A stretch of DNA of 64,000 nucleotides, from assembly GCA_963795645.1 (NCBI GenBank), contig CAWCIK010000006.1:1097523-1161522 (forward strand). The letters are read 5' to 3'. Positions 37,828 to 47,109 of this stretch are shown in pieces. Below the pieces are notes generated by a model that was given only the letters and a program-made list of their open reading frames with translations, made no database searches and was not told where the DNA came from. The stretch's first letter is position 1. Each line of letters opens with the position of its first letter. The DNA comes from an uncultured Chloroflexia bacterium. GTDB lineage: Bacteria > Chloroflexota > Limnocylindria > Limnocylindrales > CSP1-4. Both the position numbers and the translations under genes were made by a program.

Positions 37828-40118
37828 GGCCGCTTGGCGTCGGCGCCGGTTGGCTCAGTCGGCCTGAACTCCGTGGCCAGGGCGAGGCCGTCGGCGGCCG
37901 TGGCGATCTGGTCGCGCCCGGCGCGCTTGGCCGCGTAGCAGGCGCGGTCGGCGGCGATGATCACGCTCGTTCCATCGTGGCCGTCCTTGGGGTAAACGGC
38001 AATGCCGACCGAGCAGGTGACACCGACCGGTGACCCTTGCTCGTCGCTCATCGCCGAAACGGCGCTGTGGATCTTCTCGGCCACGGTCCGCCCGCCTGCC
38101 AGACCCGTCGACGGCAGCAGGACGGCGAACTCGTCACCGCCGAAACGGAACACGAGGTCTGACTCGCGGCATGAGTCGCGCAACACCTGGGCCACGAGCT
38201 GGAGCATCGCATTGCCGGCCTGATGGCCCAGCTGGTCGTTGTAGCGCTTGAAGAAGTCCAGGTCGACCATCAGCATCGCGAAGCGCGCGCGCTGCTCGAC
38301 GAGCCGGCCTATGTGCTCGGTCAACGCACCGTGGTTCCACAGTCCGGTCAGTGGGTCGGTCTCGGCGCGCAGCTCAACGGCACGGTGCGCAGCGGCGTTG
38401 CGCAGCGCGATCGAGACATGCGCGGCGAAGAGCTTGACGAGATCGAACTCATCGGTTGTGAAGTTAGCGCCGTCGCCCAGGCGCTCGATCATGAGCTCAC
38501 CCTGGATGCCCTCGCCGCTGCGCAGTGGTGCGACGATCAGCGCACCGGCGTGCGGTCCGAGATTCCCGAATTGGAGGACGCGCGGATCCGCCAGCTCGTC
38601 CTGGACCAGCTGCGCCTCGCCTGTGCGCAGCGCGTCGCTGCTGACGCCCGTGTCGTCGGGCAGCTCGATGGCGAGGAACTCCGCGGCATACAGCCCACGC
38701 GCAAAGATGGTGCGCAGTCGGTGCGTGCCGCTGTCGTGCACGGAGACGGCGATGTTGTCGACGTGGATCAGCGCCTGGAGGCGAGTGGCGATCTCCTCGA
38801 GCAGCGTCTGGGTATCAAGCGTCGTCAGGATCGACTCGGTCACGCGCAGCAGCTCGCGCTGGTTGTTGAGCTGCCGCGCCAAGGCCTCGGACTGGGCACG
38901 CAGGCGCTCGGTGGCATCCGCGTTGGCTACCGCCTGGGCAGCGATCGACGCGTAGATCTCGAGCACGCGCAGGTCGTCGGGGCCGAACTGGTTTAGGCCC
39001 AGCTTGGCCAGAACGATGACGCCAATAACTTCGTCCTCGAAGAGCATCGGTGCGAGCAGAAGTGATTCGTCGAGGTCGTCTTCGGTGCCCGGGATCGTCT
39101 TTGCGCGCCGGTCTGCAGCCGCGTCGCCCAGGTTCTGGGCCAGCCCATGGCGGGCCACCCAGCCGGTGATTCCCTCTCCTACCTGGAGGCGGAGCTGCTC
39201 CCCGTCTTCGCCCTCGTACTCGCCGACCTCGCCACGCCACGCGACCGGGACGCACTCGTCGCCATCGACGAGATAGACGCGGATGTTGTGGCAGTCGACG
39301 AGCTGGTTGAGTTCTGTGCAGATCGTCTGGCCGATCTCGTCCACGCGGCGCAGGCGGGTAAGTCGCGTGCCCAGCTGCTGGATCGAATGGAGCTGTGCCG
39401 CCCAGGTCGCCATGCGGTTGTAGTTCTCGGCGTTGCGCACAATCGTCATGCCCTGCTCGGCGATTCGGCCGAGGAGCCACTTGTCCTTGTCCGACCACTC
39501 CCGATGCTTGCGGAAATAGAGGGTCAGCGCGCCCACCGGCTCGTTCTCGGACATGAGCGGCGCAATCGTGATCGTGTTGATGCCCTCGCGCAGGAACGCG
39601 CGACGCAGCTCGGAGGCGCGGGCATCGTCGGCGACGTCCGAGATGGACACCACGCGCCGTTCGGCGAAGGCGATCTCTGCTATCGGCCTGGAGGTGGCGT
39701 GCTCGAGCGCCTGGCAGTAGTCGTCGGACAGGTTCAGGTTCGCCACCGGCCGGTAGGTCCCTGACGGAGTGCGCGTGAACACTGCGCCGCTGTCGGCCTT
39801 GAAGAGCTCAGCGGTCCGCTCGACGAGCTGTTGGAGAACCAGGTTCGGATCCTGCTCCTGGCCCAGCTCGGTGGCGATCGCGAGCATCAGCTCGGCACGT
39901 CGACTGCGCTCGTTGGCGTCAGCGAGCACGGCCGTGGAGTCGTTGCGCCTGGAACGGGTAGGGCCGACCGACGCGTTCTTCATGAAGCGAACAAGATCAT
40001 CGCGCCGGTAGCGCCGATCGCCGCGGCCGTTGATGCGCAGGCACGGCAGAATGCCCTGCGCCGTCCAGCTACGGACGGTGTTGGGATGCACTCCAAGCGT
40101 GCGAGCCGCCTGACTCAC
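37812..40118 (-). CDS. Diguanylate cyclase with N-terminal MerR/excisionase-type HTH and three GAF-like domains
   Basis: 'AARTLGVHPNTVRSWTAQG.LP..R...G.RRY...DL..F' HTH. Three ~150-aa GAF-like repeats. C-terminal 'RESDLVFRFGGDEFAVLL' holds the GGDEF active site and an RxxD I-site. GTG is the only plausible start. Confidence 0.9.
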   Translation of the reverse strand: MSQAARTLGVHPNTVRSWTAQGILPCLRINGRGDRRYRRDDLVRFMKNASVGPTRSRRNDSTAVLADANERSRRAELMLAIATELGQEQDPNLVLQQLVERTAELFKADSGAVFTRTPSGTYRPVANLNLSDDYCQALEHATSRPIAEIAFAERRVVSISDVADDARASELRRAFLREGINTITIAPLMSENEPVGALTLYFRKHREWSDKDKWLLGRIAEQGMTIVRNAENYNRMATWAAQLHSIQQLGTRLTRLRRVDEIGQTICTELNQLVDCHNIRVYLVDGDECVPVAWRGEVGEYEGEDGEQLRLQVGEGITGWVARHGLAQNLGDAAADRRAKTIPGTEDDLDESLLLAPMLFEDEVIGVIVLAKLGLNQFGPDDLRVLEIYASIAAQAVANADATERLRAQSEALARQLNNQRELLRVTESILTTLDTQTLLEEIATRLQALIHVDNIAVSVHDSGTHRLRTIFARGLYAAEFLAIELPDDTGVSSDALRTGEAQLVQDELADPRVLQFGNLGPHAGALIVAPLRSGEGIQGELMIERLGDGANFTTDEFDLVKLFAAHVSIALRNAAAHRAVELRAETDPLTGLWNHGALTEHIGRLVEQRARFAMLMVDLDFFKRYNDQLGHQAGNAMLQLVAQVLRDSCRESDLVFRFGGDEFAVLLPSTGLAGGRTVAEKIHSAVSAMSDEQGSPVGVTCSVGIAVYPKDGHDGTSVIIAADRACYAAKRAGRDQIATAADGLALATEFRPTEPTGADAKRPYSVV

Positions 40119-40263
40119 GGTCAGGAACTCGCTGTGACGTGCGGCGTTCGTGGTGCTCTCCGACGTTAAGAATTGTCAGGTGCGATGGAGCGATAAGGAC
40201 AGCTGGAGGCTATCCGGAGCGCACACCTTCACCAGTGGGCCAAAGGTCCCACGGGCTTCCGAC

Positions 40264-41166
40264 CTACGGCGCTCGAGAGGGATCTGACGCGACGAGCGAC
40301 GGATACGGATTGAACGCGTCCACGAGGCGGTTCTCGCCTAGGGCCGACCAGTCGATCAGGAACGGAGCGCGCAACTCGAAGTGGAGCTGCGGACGAACGT
40401 TCTCGGCGTTGCCGGTCTTGCCCAGGTCGCCGATTACCTGGCCGCGCGTGACGTGCTGGCCGACGTCGACCCAGACACGATCCAGATGGACCAGCACAGC
40501 CGTGTAGCCCGGACTGGTCGGCTCGTCGCTCTCCACCACAACGGTCAGGCCATAGCGGTCGGGTTCCCAAGGCGACCACCTGGTCGCCGGATCGATGACG
40601 ACGCCATCGAATGGCGAGAGGACGGGCTCGGCCTCAGGCGCATAGATGTCGATGCCGTCGTGTAGGCGGACGAGGTCGCCCTTCGTTCCGACCCTGGCGT
40701 GGTTGTAGTCATCCGGCGGCCCCGGGCGACGGTCAAGCCAGTTGTCGCGGTAGTGAGAGGTCGTGTCCGAGCGCAACGGGAAGCCGATGTCGATGACCTG
40801 TGCGTGCAGGTCGAATCCGGTGGCAGACGTCGGCGCCGCGCCCGCCGCCGGGGCAGGCGTCGGTGTCGGATCGGCGCTCGGCGCGACGGACGGCTCAGGC
40901 GTCGCAGTCGGCACGGCAGACTGGTGTGGGCTCGCGCTTGGCGCCGGCGATGCGGTGGTGGAGGCGCTCGGTATGAGGCTTGCGTCCGCCACGAGCGAAG
41001 GTGCCGTGGCCGGCGGCGTCGTAGGTGTGCCCGAGCCAGCGGGGGCGCCGAGAATGACCATCACTCCGAGGCCGCCGAGAACCACCACTCCAACGACTGC
41101 CGCGAGGAGCACAGGCCATCCGCGACGCGGCGCGTCCACGCGACGCGCCATTTGCCGCCGCGTCAC
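40264..41166 (-). CDS. M23 family metallopeptidase, membrane-anchored
   Basis: N-terminal TM helix and Pro/Thr/Ala-rich linker. 'HDGIDI' and 'G.TGN......LHFE' LytM-type motifs. Confidence 0.9.
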   Translation of the reverse strand: MTRRQMARRVDAPRRGWPVLLAAVVGVVVLGGLGVMVILGAPAGSGTPTTPPATAPSLVADASLIPSASTTASPAPSASPHQSAVPTATPEPSVAPSADPTPTPAPAAGAAPTSATGFDLHAQVIDIGFPLRSDTTSHYRDNWLDRRPGPPDDYNHARVGTKGDLVRLHDGIDIYAPEAEPVLSPFDGVVIDPATRWSPWEPDRYGLTVVVESDEPTSPGYTAVLVHLDRVWVDVGQHVTRGQVIGDLGKTGNAENVRPQLHFELRAPFLIDWSALGENRLVDAFNPYPSLVASDPSRAP

Positions 41167-41423
41167 GTCCTGCGCGTCACCCGTACGAAGGCGAACGTCA
41201 CCAGGGCAGCGGTCATGCCGATGCCGACGACTATGACCACGGCGAAGAACGGAGCGCCGACCTTGCTGGCGCCCTCGCCCGCGCGCGGGTCGAGCGGGTC
41301 CACGAGGACCGGCGTCGCGGCGGGAGTGGCCGCTGGGGTGGGATCAGCCGCGAAGACCGGCGCGAGAGCGCACACGGTCAGAGCGAACGCCACGAGGACG
41401 GCGAGTAGAAGGCCACGGAACAC
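41163..41423 (-). CDS. Small exported protein with C-terminal TM anchor (hypothetical)
   Basis: An 86-aa frame from a GTG. It has a signal-like N-terminus, a Pro/Thr/Ala spacer, and a C-terminal helix with an RVTRRT tail. Its stop overlaps the M23 gene start (GTGA). Confidence 0.4.
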   Translation of the reverse strand: MFRGLLLAVLVAFALTVCALAPVFAADPTPAATPAATPVLVDPLDPRAGEGASKVGAPFFAVVIVVGIGMTAALVTFAFVRVTRRT

Positions 41424-41446
41424 CTTCCCGAGCCTACACCGAACGC

Positions 41447-42166
41447 TCAGAGGCCGATTACGAGCGCAACTACTGCGGCCCCGAGAAGGACGAGCGCCAT
41501 CGCCAGGAGCGAAGCGGCGGCCAGCACACGGGGCCGCTGTCCGGCCGCGAGCAGGCGCATTGCCTCGGACGTGGCCAGGGTGGTGACGACCAGCGGTCTG
41601 TTGGTGCCTGAAGTCATGGTCGGCCGGCCGTTGCGCAACACGGGCGTGCCGCACACCGTGGCGTGCTCCACGGCCGATAGCTGTTCGATGACCAGGCGCG
41701 CGGGCGTGCGGGGGTCGGGCAGGTTCTCGACTCCCTCGAGCAGGTCGGGCGGCAGGTCGCTCAACTGCCCATCGGCTTCGCGCGGGATAGCCACGAGCCC
41801 GGGTCCGATGGCCTCCTCGTCGAGGGCGATGAAGGCATCACGGGTCTCGACGCCGAACGGCACGGCCTCGCGCTCCTCGGCGATCGTTCGCCACCTTCGG
41901 GGACCGTCGCCGATGTCGATCCTCTTGCGCCGATAGACGAGAGGGCGATCGGTCTCGTCGGGAAACTCCTCGTCGCTCGACACGCGGCCCGAGACTCGGA
42001 CGTAGGTCGGCTTGCCTGCCGCCATTGCCCGCGCACTGTCGATGTCGACCGCTGGCGTGGCAGCCAGCAGGCGGCCCACCCGATAGCGGTCACCGAGGGA
42101 GCGAAGAAGGAGAAAGGCGCCGAGAAGACACGCCAGCGCGACAAGCACCAGAACGGCAACGCTCAC
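41447..42166 (-). CDS. Two-TM membrane protein, GIDE-domain-like (tentative)
   Basis: TM helices at both termini flank a ~190-aa soluble domain ('YVRVSGRVSS...PLVYRRKRI'). Family call is from memory only. Confidence 0.55.
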   Translation of the reverse strand: MSVAVLVLVALACLLGAFLLLRSLGDRYRVGRLLAATPAVDIDSARAMAAGKPTYVRVSGRVSSDEEFPDETDRPLVYRRKRIDIGDGPRRWRTIAEEREAVPFGVETRDAFIALDEEAIGPGLVAIPREADGQLSDLPPDLLEGVENLPDPRTPARLVIEQLSAVEHATVCGTPVLRNGRPTMTSGTNRPLVVTTLATSEAMRLLAAGQRPRVLAAASLLAMALVLLGAAVVALVIGL

Positions 42167-42372
42167 GGCGCGACCGGCGTGGACAAGCGAAGACCCGAAG
42201 GAACCTTCACGAGGCGTGGACCTTGATGTGATCGCAGTCGCTAGCTTCGCTTCTGGCCCCTCCGGGCTGATGCGAACGGTAGTGCTGGTTCCGGTTCGTG
42301 GTCAATGTCAGTTGTCCACCAAAGCGGCCCGGCGTCGGAAAGCTGTCCACCTTTCGTCCACAGCCGCGTGGC

Positions 42373-42942
42373 TCAGGCGGCCTCGCCTGAGACCGCGTCC
42401 AGATAGACGTGCGCTCCGGAGTAGGTCGTCAGGTCCAGGCGCCCGGCCACGAGCTGCGCGCCTGTGACCACGTCTGAGTGAGCGGCTCTCCACGCGACCG
42501 TGCCGTCAGTTCGGAGCGCGAAAGTCTCCAGCTCCGTCTGCAAGAGGATGTGCTCGAACCTGGTCGAGGCCAGGATGGCGACCGTCGGCGTGCCGCTGGG
42601 CAGCGTCCAGACCAGATCGCCGGTGCGTGCCGCCAGGGCATAGACGCGAAAGCCGTAGCGCACCACCAGTAGCCCGGCAGTGTCGACCAGGACGGCTTCG
42701 GGCTCATCGAAGATGGGCGAGGCAAAACGCGCCGTCCAGCGCGATGTGGGACCTTCGATGCGCAGCTCCGCGCGGCATTGGCTGTCCGGGTTCGGGTCGA
42801 CGAGCGTCCCGAAGTCCGTCATCGTGCCTGCGGCCTCCGAGATGCCGAACACTTCATCGGCCCGGCCGCTGCCTGCCCAGCGATAGCGAGCGGCGAAACC
42901 GCCTGGGTACTGGACCGAGAGGCGCTGGACGTCCTGCGTCAC
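42373..42942 (-). CDS. Hypothetical protein (possible PQQ/beta-propeller-like repeats)
   Basis: 189 aa with repeated 'G.LVW'/'G.VAW' strands. 4-nt overlap with the upstream YbaK-like gene. Confidence 0.55.
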   Translation of the reverse strand: MTQDVQRLSVQYPGGFAARYRWAGSGRADEVFGISEAAGTMTDFGTLVDPNPDSQCRAELRIEGPTSRWTARFASPIFDEPEAVLVDTAGLLVVRYGFRVYALAARTGDLVWTLPSGTPTVAILASTRFEHILLQTELETFALRTDGTVAWRAAHSDVVTGAQLVAGRLDLTTYSGAHVYLDAVSGEAA

Positions 42943-43493
42943 GCCCCGCTTGTTGCGCCGGCTGTCTGCTCGCCAGCGGGGCGCTGGTCCGAAGGGGAGT
43001 TGGGCGCGTTGGCGATAGGTGCGACCACGGCGTTGGCCAGCATGCGCAGCGTGGCCGGAGTGGCCTGGAAGACCGTGTTCGGGGTTCCGGCCGCGGCCCA
43101 GATCGTGGCGAAGCGACCCAGATCCGGATCCATGACCGTCCGGATGGGCCGTGTATGGCCGAAGGGAGGAATGCCGCCGATCGAGAAGCCCGTGAAGTCG
43201 CGTGCCTCATCGGCCGTGGCCCGGCGCATGCGCAGCTCGGTCAGCACGCCGGCCAGCAAAGCGACATCGACCGTGTTCGCGCCACTGACGAGGACGAGGC
43301 ACGGTTCGAGGCCCTCGTCGCGGTCGGCCACGAACACCAGGCTCTTGACGATCTGACCCACTTCTGCCCCCACCGCACGCGCGGCTTCCTCTGCCGTGTG
43401 AGTCGATTCGTCGAACGTGACAATCTCGAGGGTCACGCCCTTGCGGGCAGCAGCGTCAAGCACACGTTGACTTGAAGGCGGGATCTCGGGCAC
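42939..43493 (-). CDS. YbaK/EbsC/ProX-type aminoacyl-tRNA editing domain protein
   Basis: 'H.T.AEEAA.A.G......VKSLVF' and 'GF..GG..PFGH' motifs. GTG start. Confidence 0.8.
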   Translation of the reverse strand: MPEIPPSSQRVLDAAARKGVTLEIVTFDESTHTAEEAARAVGAEVGQIVKSLVFVADRDEGLEPCLVLVSGANTVDVALLAGVLTELRMRRATADEARDFTGFSIGGIPPFGHTRPIRTVMDPDLGRFATIWAAAGTPNTVFQATPATLRMLANAVVAPIANAPNSPSDQRPAGEQTAGATSGA

Positions 43494-43577
43494 GGCCGGA
43501 GTCTAGCGCAGCCCACGTTCGGCGCGGGCGGATTGTTCTCTCGAAACCCGTGCGGACGTAGAATGGGTTCAGTTTGA

Positions 43578-43672
43578 ATATGGGACAGGGGAGCGCCACC
43601 GGGCGCTGAGAGTGCGGAAAGCCGCAGACCCTAGGAACCTGATCTGGTTCGTACCAGCGAAGGGAGTCCAGA
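43578..43672 (+). promoter_or_regulatory. TPP (THI-box) riboswitch aptamer
   Basis: 'GGGGAGCG...CGCTGAGAG...ACCCTAGGAACCTGATCTGGTTCGTACCAGCGAAGGGA' matches the conserved THI-box core. A P1-like GGAC/GTCC pairing closes the aptamer. Confidence 0.9.
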
Positions 43673-43676
43673 CGAC

Positions 43677-43705
43677 GCACCTCCGTCCCAGGATCACGGA
43701 GGCGC
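43677..43705 (+). promoter_or_regulatory. Shine-Dalgarno-sequestering hairpin (riboswitch expression platform)
   Basis: CCTCCGT (43680-43686) pairs with ACGGAGG (43696-43702). The GGAGG within it is the RBS, 8 nt upstream of the TTG start at 43711. Confidence 0.55.
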
Positions 43706-43710
43706 ATCTT

Positions 43711-44367
43711 TTGAAGGCCCTGATCGTCGCAGACGGCGACATCCCGTCGCGCGCAGCAGTCGACCGCCTGCTCGGACCCGACGGCGCCGACGTCGTCGTC
43801 GGTGCCGATGGTGGTGCAGCGAAGGCCGTGTTGCTGGGATTCACACCCGACGTCGCGGTCGGTGACCACGATTCCCTCTCACCCCGGGCCGTCGATCAGC
43901 TTCGCGCCGATGGCGTCGAGGTAATCGCGCACCCGCAGGCCAAGGACGAGAGCGACACAGAGCTGGCGCTGCGCGAGGCGATCAATCGTGGGGCGACTTC
44001 GCTCCTCGTGATCGGTGCCTTCGGCGGCCCGCGCCTGGAGCACACGATCGCCAACCTGCTGCTGCTGTCCAGCCCCGAGCTTGCCGGCCTCGACGTGTCC
44101 CTCGCCGATGGCGCGAGCGAGGTTCGCCTGCTCGACGACGGCGGGACGCTGACGCTGAACGGGCGTCGGGGCGACTACGTATCGCTCTTCCCGCTCGCGC
44201 CGGTCGTCCATGGCGTCACGACCCAAGGTCTGGCCTTCGCGCTCGTCGACGAGCCACTCAGCCAGGGACCCGCACGCGGCCTGTCCAATGAGATGACCGG
44301 CGAACGCGCTGCGGTCAGCACGCGCAACGGACGACTGCTCGTCGTCCATACGAGGCGAGACCCATGA
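43711..44367 (+). CDS. thiN: Thiamine pyrophosphokinase
   Basis: 'ALIVADGD', 'GADGGA', 'GDHDS' (GDFDS-like), 'KDESDTELAL' and 'GAFGGPRLEH' motifs. TTG start after GGAGG. Confidence 0.85.
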   Translation: MKALIVADGDIPSRAAVDRLLGPDGADVVVGADGGAAKAVLLGFTPDVAVGDHDSLSPRAVDQLRADGVEVIAHPQAKDESDTELALREAINRGATSLLVIGAFGGPRLEHTIANLLLLSSPELAGLDVSLADGASEVRLLDDGGTLTLNGRRGDYVSLFPLAPVVHGVTTQGLAFALVDEPLSQGPARGLSNEMTGERAAVSTRNGRLLVVHTRRDP

Positions 44368-45455
44368 ACCGACTCTTCCCCATCGCCACTCTGGCGCTCC
44401 TCCTTGTCGCCTGCGCCCATTCCCCGGCGATCCCGGCGGCGACCCCGGCGCCGACCGACGCTTCGCTGCCGACGGCCAGCGCCGTTGGCGAGGTGACGCT
44501 CGTGACCCACGACGCGTTCGCGGCCAGCGACCAGGTCGTAGCCGATTTCGAGACTCAATCGGGCGCGACGCTCAAGGTCCTCAAGGGCGGCGACGCCGGC
44601 ACGATGGTCAATCAGGCGATCCTGACCAGGAACCAACCGCTCGGCGATGTGCTCTACGGCGTCGACAACACATTCCTATCGCGCGCCCTCGACGCGGGCA
44701 TCTTCGCTCCCTACGCCTCGCCGGCGGCGGCGTCGATTCCGGCCGAGTTCAAGCTCGATGCGCAGGATCGAGTGACGCCGATCGACTATGGCGACGTGTG
44801 CGTCAACTACGACAAGGAGGCGTTCACCGGCTCGCTCGCCGCGCCCCAGACGATCATGGACCTGACCGATTCCGCGTATCGGGACGAGCTCGTGGTCGAG
44901 AACCCGGCGACCTCGTCACCGGGGCTTGCCTTCCTGCTGTCGACGGTCATCCGCTTCGGTGAGGCGGGCGCCTACACGTGGCTCGACTACTGGGCCGATC
45001 TGCGCGCGAATGGCGTCATGGTCGTGAACGACTGGAACGACGCCTACTACAACGAATTTTCGGGCGGCGCGGGCGCGGGCGGGCGGCCGCTGGTTGTCTC
45101 GTACGCGACCAGCCCGGCGGCCGAGGTTTACTTCGCCGACCCGCAGCCGAACGAGTCGCCGACGGGCAACGTCGACGATGGCTGCTTCCGCCAGATCGAG
45201 TTTGCCGCCGTGCTGGCAGGAGCAAAGAATTCGACCGGCGCGCAGGCGTGGGTCGACTACATGGCATCGACCGAGTTCCAGTCGGACATGCCGCTCAACA
45301 TGTTCGTCTTCCCGACGAACCCCGCTGCGGAGGTGACCGACCTGTTCACCAGGTTCCCGGCCAAGGCGACCAATCCGCTGACGATGGACCCGGCCACGAT
45401 CGCTGCCAATCGTGACCGCTGGATCCAGGAGTGGACGGACACGGTGCTCCACTGA
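44364..45455 (+). CDS. thiB: Thiamine ABC transporter substrate-binding lipoprotein
   Basis: Lipobox 'LLLVAC|A'. A family-1 SBP pattern resembling TbpA/ThiB. Lies downstream of the TPP riboswitch. ATGA overlap with thiN. Confidence 0.75.
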   Translation: MNRLFPIATLALLLVACAHSPAIPAATPAPTDASLPTASAVGEVTLVTHDAFAASDQVVADFETQSGATLKVLKGGDAGTMVNQAILTRNQPLGDVLYGVDNTFLSRALDAGIFAPYASPAAASIPAEFKLDAQDRVTPIDYGDVCVNYDKEAFTGSLAAPQTIMDLTDSAYRDELVVENPATSSPGLAFLLSTVIRFGEAGAYTWLDYWADLRANGVMVVNDWNDAYYNEFSGGAGAGGRPLVVSYATSPAAEVYFADPQPNESPTGNVDDGCFRQIEFAAVLAGAKNSTGAQAWVDYMASTEFQSDMPLNMFVFPTNPAAEVTDLFTRFPAKATNPLTMDPATIAANRDRWIQEWTDTVLH

Positions 45456-45474
45456 GCGATTGGCGTTGCCGCCG

Positions 45475-47109
45475 ATGAGGCCCGGGCGACTGGTCACGCC
45501 GCTGATGGCAGCTTTGCCGCTCGCCTTCCTGGGCGTGTTCTTCGTCTACCCGGTCGTCTCGATCCTTGCGCTGGGGTTGGCGCCCGGAGGCGACCTGGAC
45601 ATTGCTTCTGCCCTGGCCGTGCTCGGCCAGCCGTTCGTGCTCCAGGTCGCGTGGTTCACTTTGTGGCAGGCGGCCCTGTCGACCCTGCTGACCGTGCTCA
45701 TCGCGCTGCCCGGTGCGTACGTTTTCGCGCGCTACGACTTTCCCGGCCGGCGGCTGATCAGCGCGCTGGCCATCATCCCTTTCGTCTTGCCGACGGTCGT
45801 CGTCGCGGCCGCCTTCCTGGCGCTGTTCGGTTCGCGCAGCCCGTTCGGCATCCGCCTCGATCACACGATCGTGGCCATCCTTGCCGCGAACGTCTTCTAC
45901 AACTACGCGGTAGTGCTGCGCGTGGTGGGTGGAGTCTGGCGCCAGATGGATCCGCGCCTGGAGGACGCCGCACGAGTGCTGGGTGCGTCGCGCTGGCAGG
46001 CTTTCAGGCGCGTGACGCTGCCGCTCCTCGCGCCGGTCATCGCGTCTGCCGCGTCGGTCGTCTTCCTGTTCACGTTCACCAGCTTCGGCGTGATCCTGCT
46101 CCTGGGCGGTGCGCAGTTCTCCACTCTCGAGGTTGAGATCTACCGCCAGACCGCCGAGCTGCTCGACCTGCGCACCGCCGCCGTGCTCTCCCTGGTCCAG
46201 ATGGCCGGCCTGGCGCTGTTGCTGTTCGTCTATTCGCGCTATCAGCAGCGGAGCGCGGTCCAGCAGCGGCTGCTTACGCACGGCGACAGCGCGCGTCGTC
46301 CGCGAACGAGACGCGAACGCTCGCTCGTGGCGGCAAACCTCGGGGTCATGGCGATCCTGCTCGGGCTGCCGCTGCTCGTCCTGGTCGAGCGCTCGCTGGC
46401 CGGCCCTGGCGGATACGGGGTGCAGAACTTTCAGGCGCTGTTTGCCTCGAGCCAGCGCTCGGCCCTGTTCGTGCCGCCGATCGAGGCAGTCCGGAACTCG
46501 CTCGCCTTTGCCCTGATCGCGACGCTGATCTGTGCGCCACTCGGCCTGATGGCCGCGTTGGTCATCGCGCGTGGCACGGGACGAATGTCAAGCGGCTTCG
46601 ACGCGCTGCTGATGCTGCCGCTGGGCACATCCGCGGTGATCATCGGCTTCGGCTTTCTCGTCGCCCTGGGCAATCTGCCGGTCGACCTCCGGACGTCGGT
46701 CATCCTGATCCCGATCGCGCACGCGATCGTCGCCCTGCCCCTGCTGGTTCGTGCGACCGTGCCTGTCCTGCGTTCAGTGGACGAGAGGCTGCGCGACGCC
46801 GCGCGCGTGCTCGGTGCCTCGCCCGCGCGCGTGTGGCGCGAGATCGACCTGCCCATCGTCAGGCGCGCGGCGCTGGTCGGCGCCGGTTTCGTCTTCGCCG
46901 TCTCGCTCGGCGAGTTCGGGGCAACCCTGTTCATCGTTCGTCCCGACGCCCCGACGATGCCCGTCGCGATCTACCGCCTGCTCAGCCAGCCGGGCGTGCT
47001 TGCCTTCGGCCAGGCGATGGCCATGGCCGTGCTGCTGATGGCCGTCACCGGGGCCAGCGTGCTGGCATTCGATGGCCTGCAGGGCGGGCAGGTCAGGTCG
47101 GACGCCTGA
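45475..47109 (+). CDS. thiP: ABC transporter permease, duplicated (ThiP/FbpB-like)
   Basis: Two tandem permease modules, each with an EAA-like loop ('EDAARVLGAS.WQ.F..V.LP' and 'RDAARVLGASP...W..I.LP'). Confidence 0.8.
   Translation: MRPGRLVTPLMAALPLAFLGVFFVYPVVSILALGLAPGGDLDIASALAVLGQPFVLQVAWFTLWQAALSTLLTVLIALPGAYVFARYDFPGRRLISALAIIPFVLPTVVVAAAFLALFGSRSPFGIRLDHTIVAILAANVFYNYAVVLRVVGGVWRQMDPRLEDAARVLGASRWQAFRRVTLPLLAPVIASAASVVFLFTFTSFGVILLLGGAQFSTLEVEIYRQTAELLDLRTAAVLSLVQMAGLALLLFVYSRYQQRSAVQQRLLTHGDSARRPRTRRERSLVAANLGVMAILLGLPLLVLVERSLAGPGGYGVQNFQALFASSQRSALFVPPIEAVRNSLAFALIATLICAPLGLMAALVIARGTGRMSSGFDALLMLPLGTSAVIIGFGFLVALGNLPVDLRTSVILIPIAHAIVALPLLVRATVPVLRSVDERLRDAARVLGASPARVWREIDLPIVRRAALVGAGFVFAVSLGEFGATLFIVRPDAPTMPVAIYRLLSQPGVLAFGQAMAMAVLLMAVTGASVLAFDGLQGGQVRSDA

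Noticed and set aside
46833-47108. N-terminal extension of the ABC ATPase ORF
   Set aside because: It overlaps the permease 3' end. The ATPase consensus N-terminus (MLELDDVRVAYG) starts at 47109.
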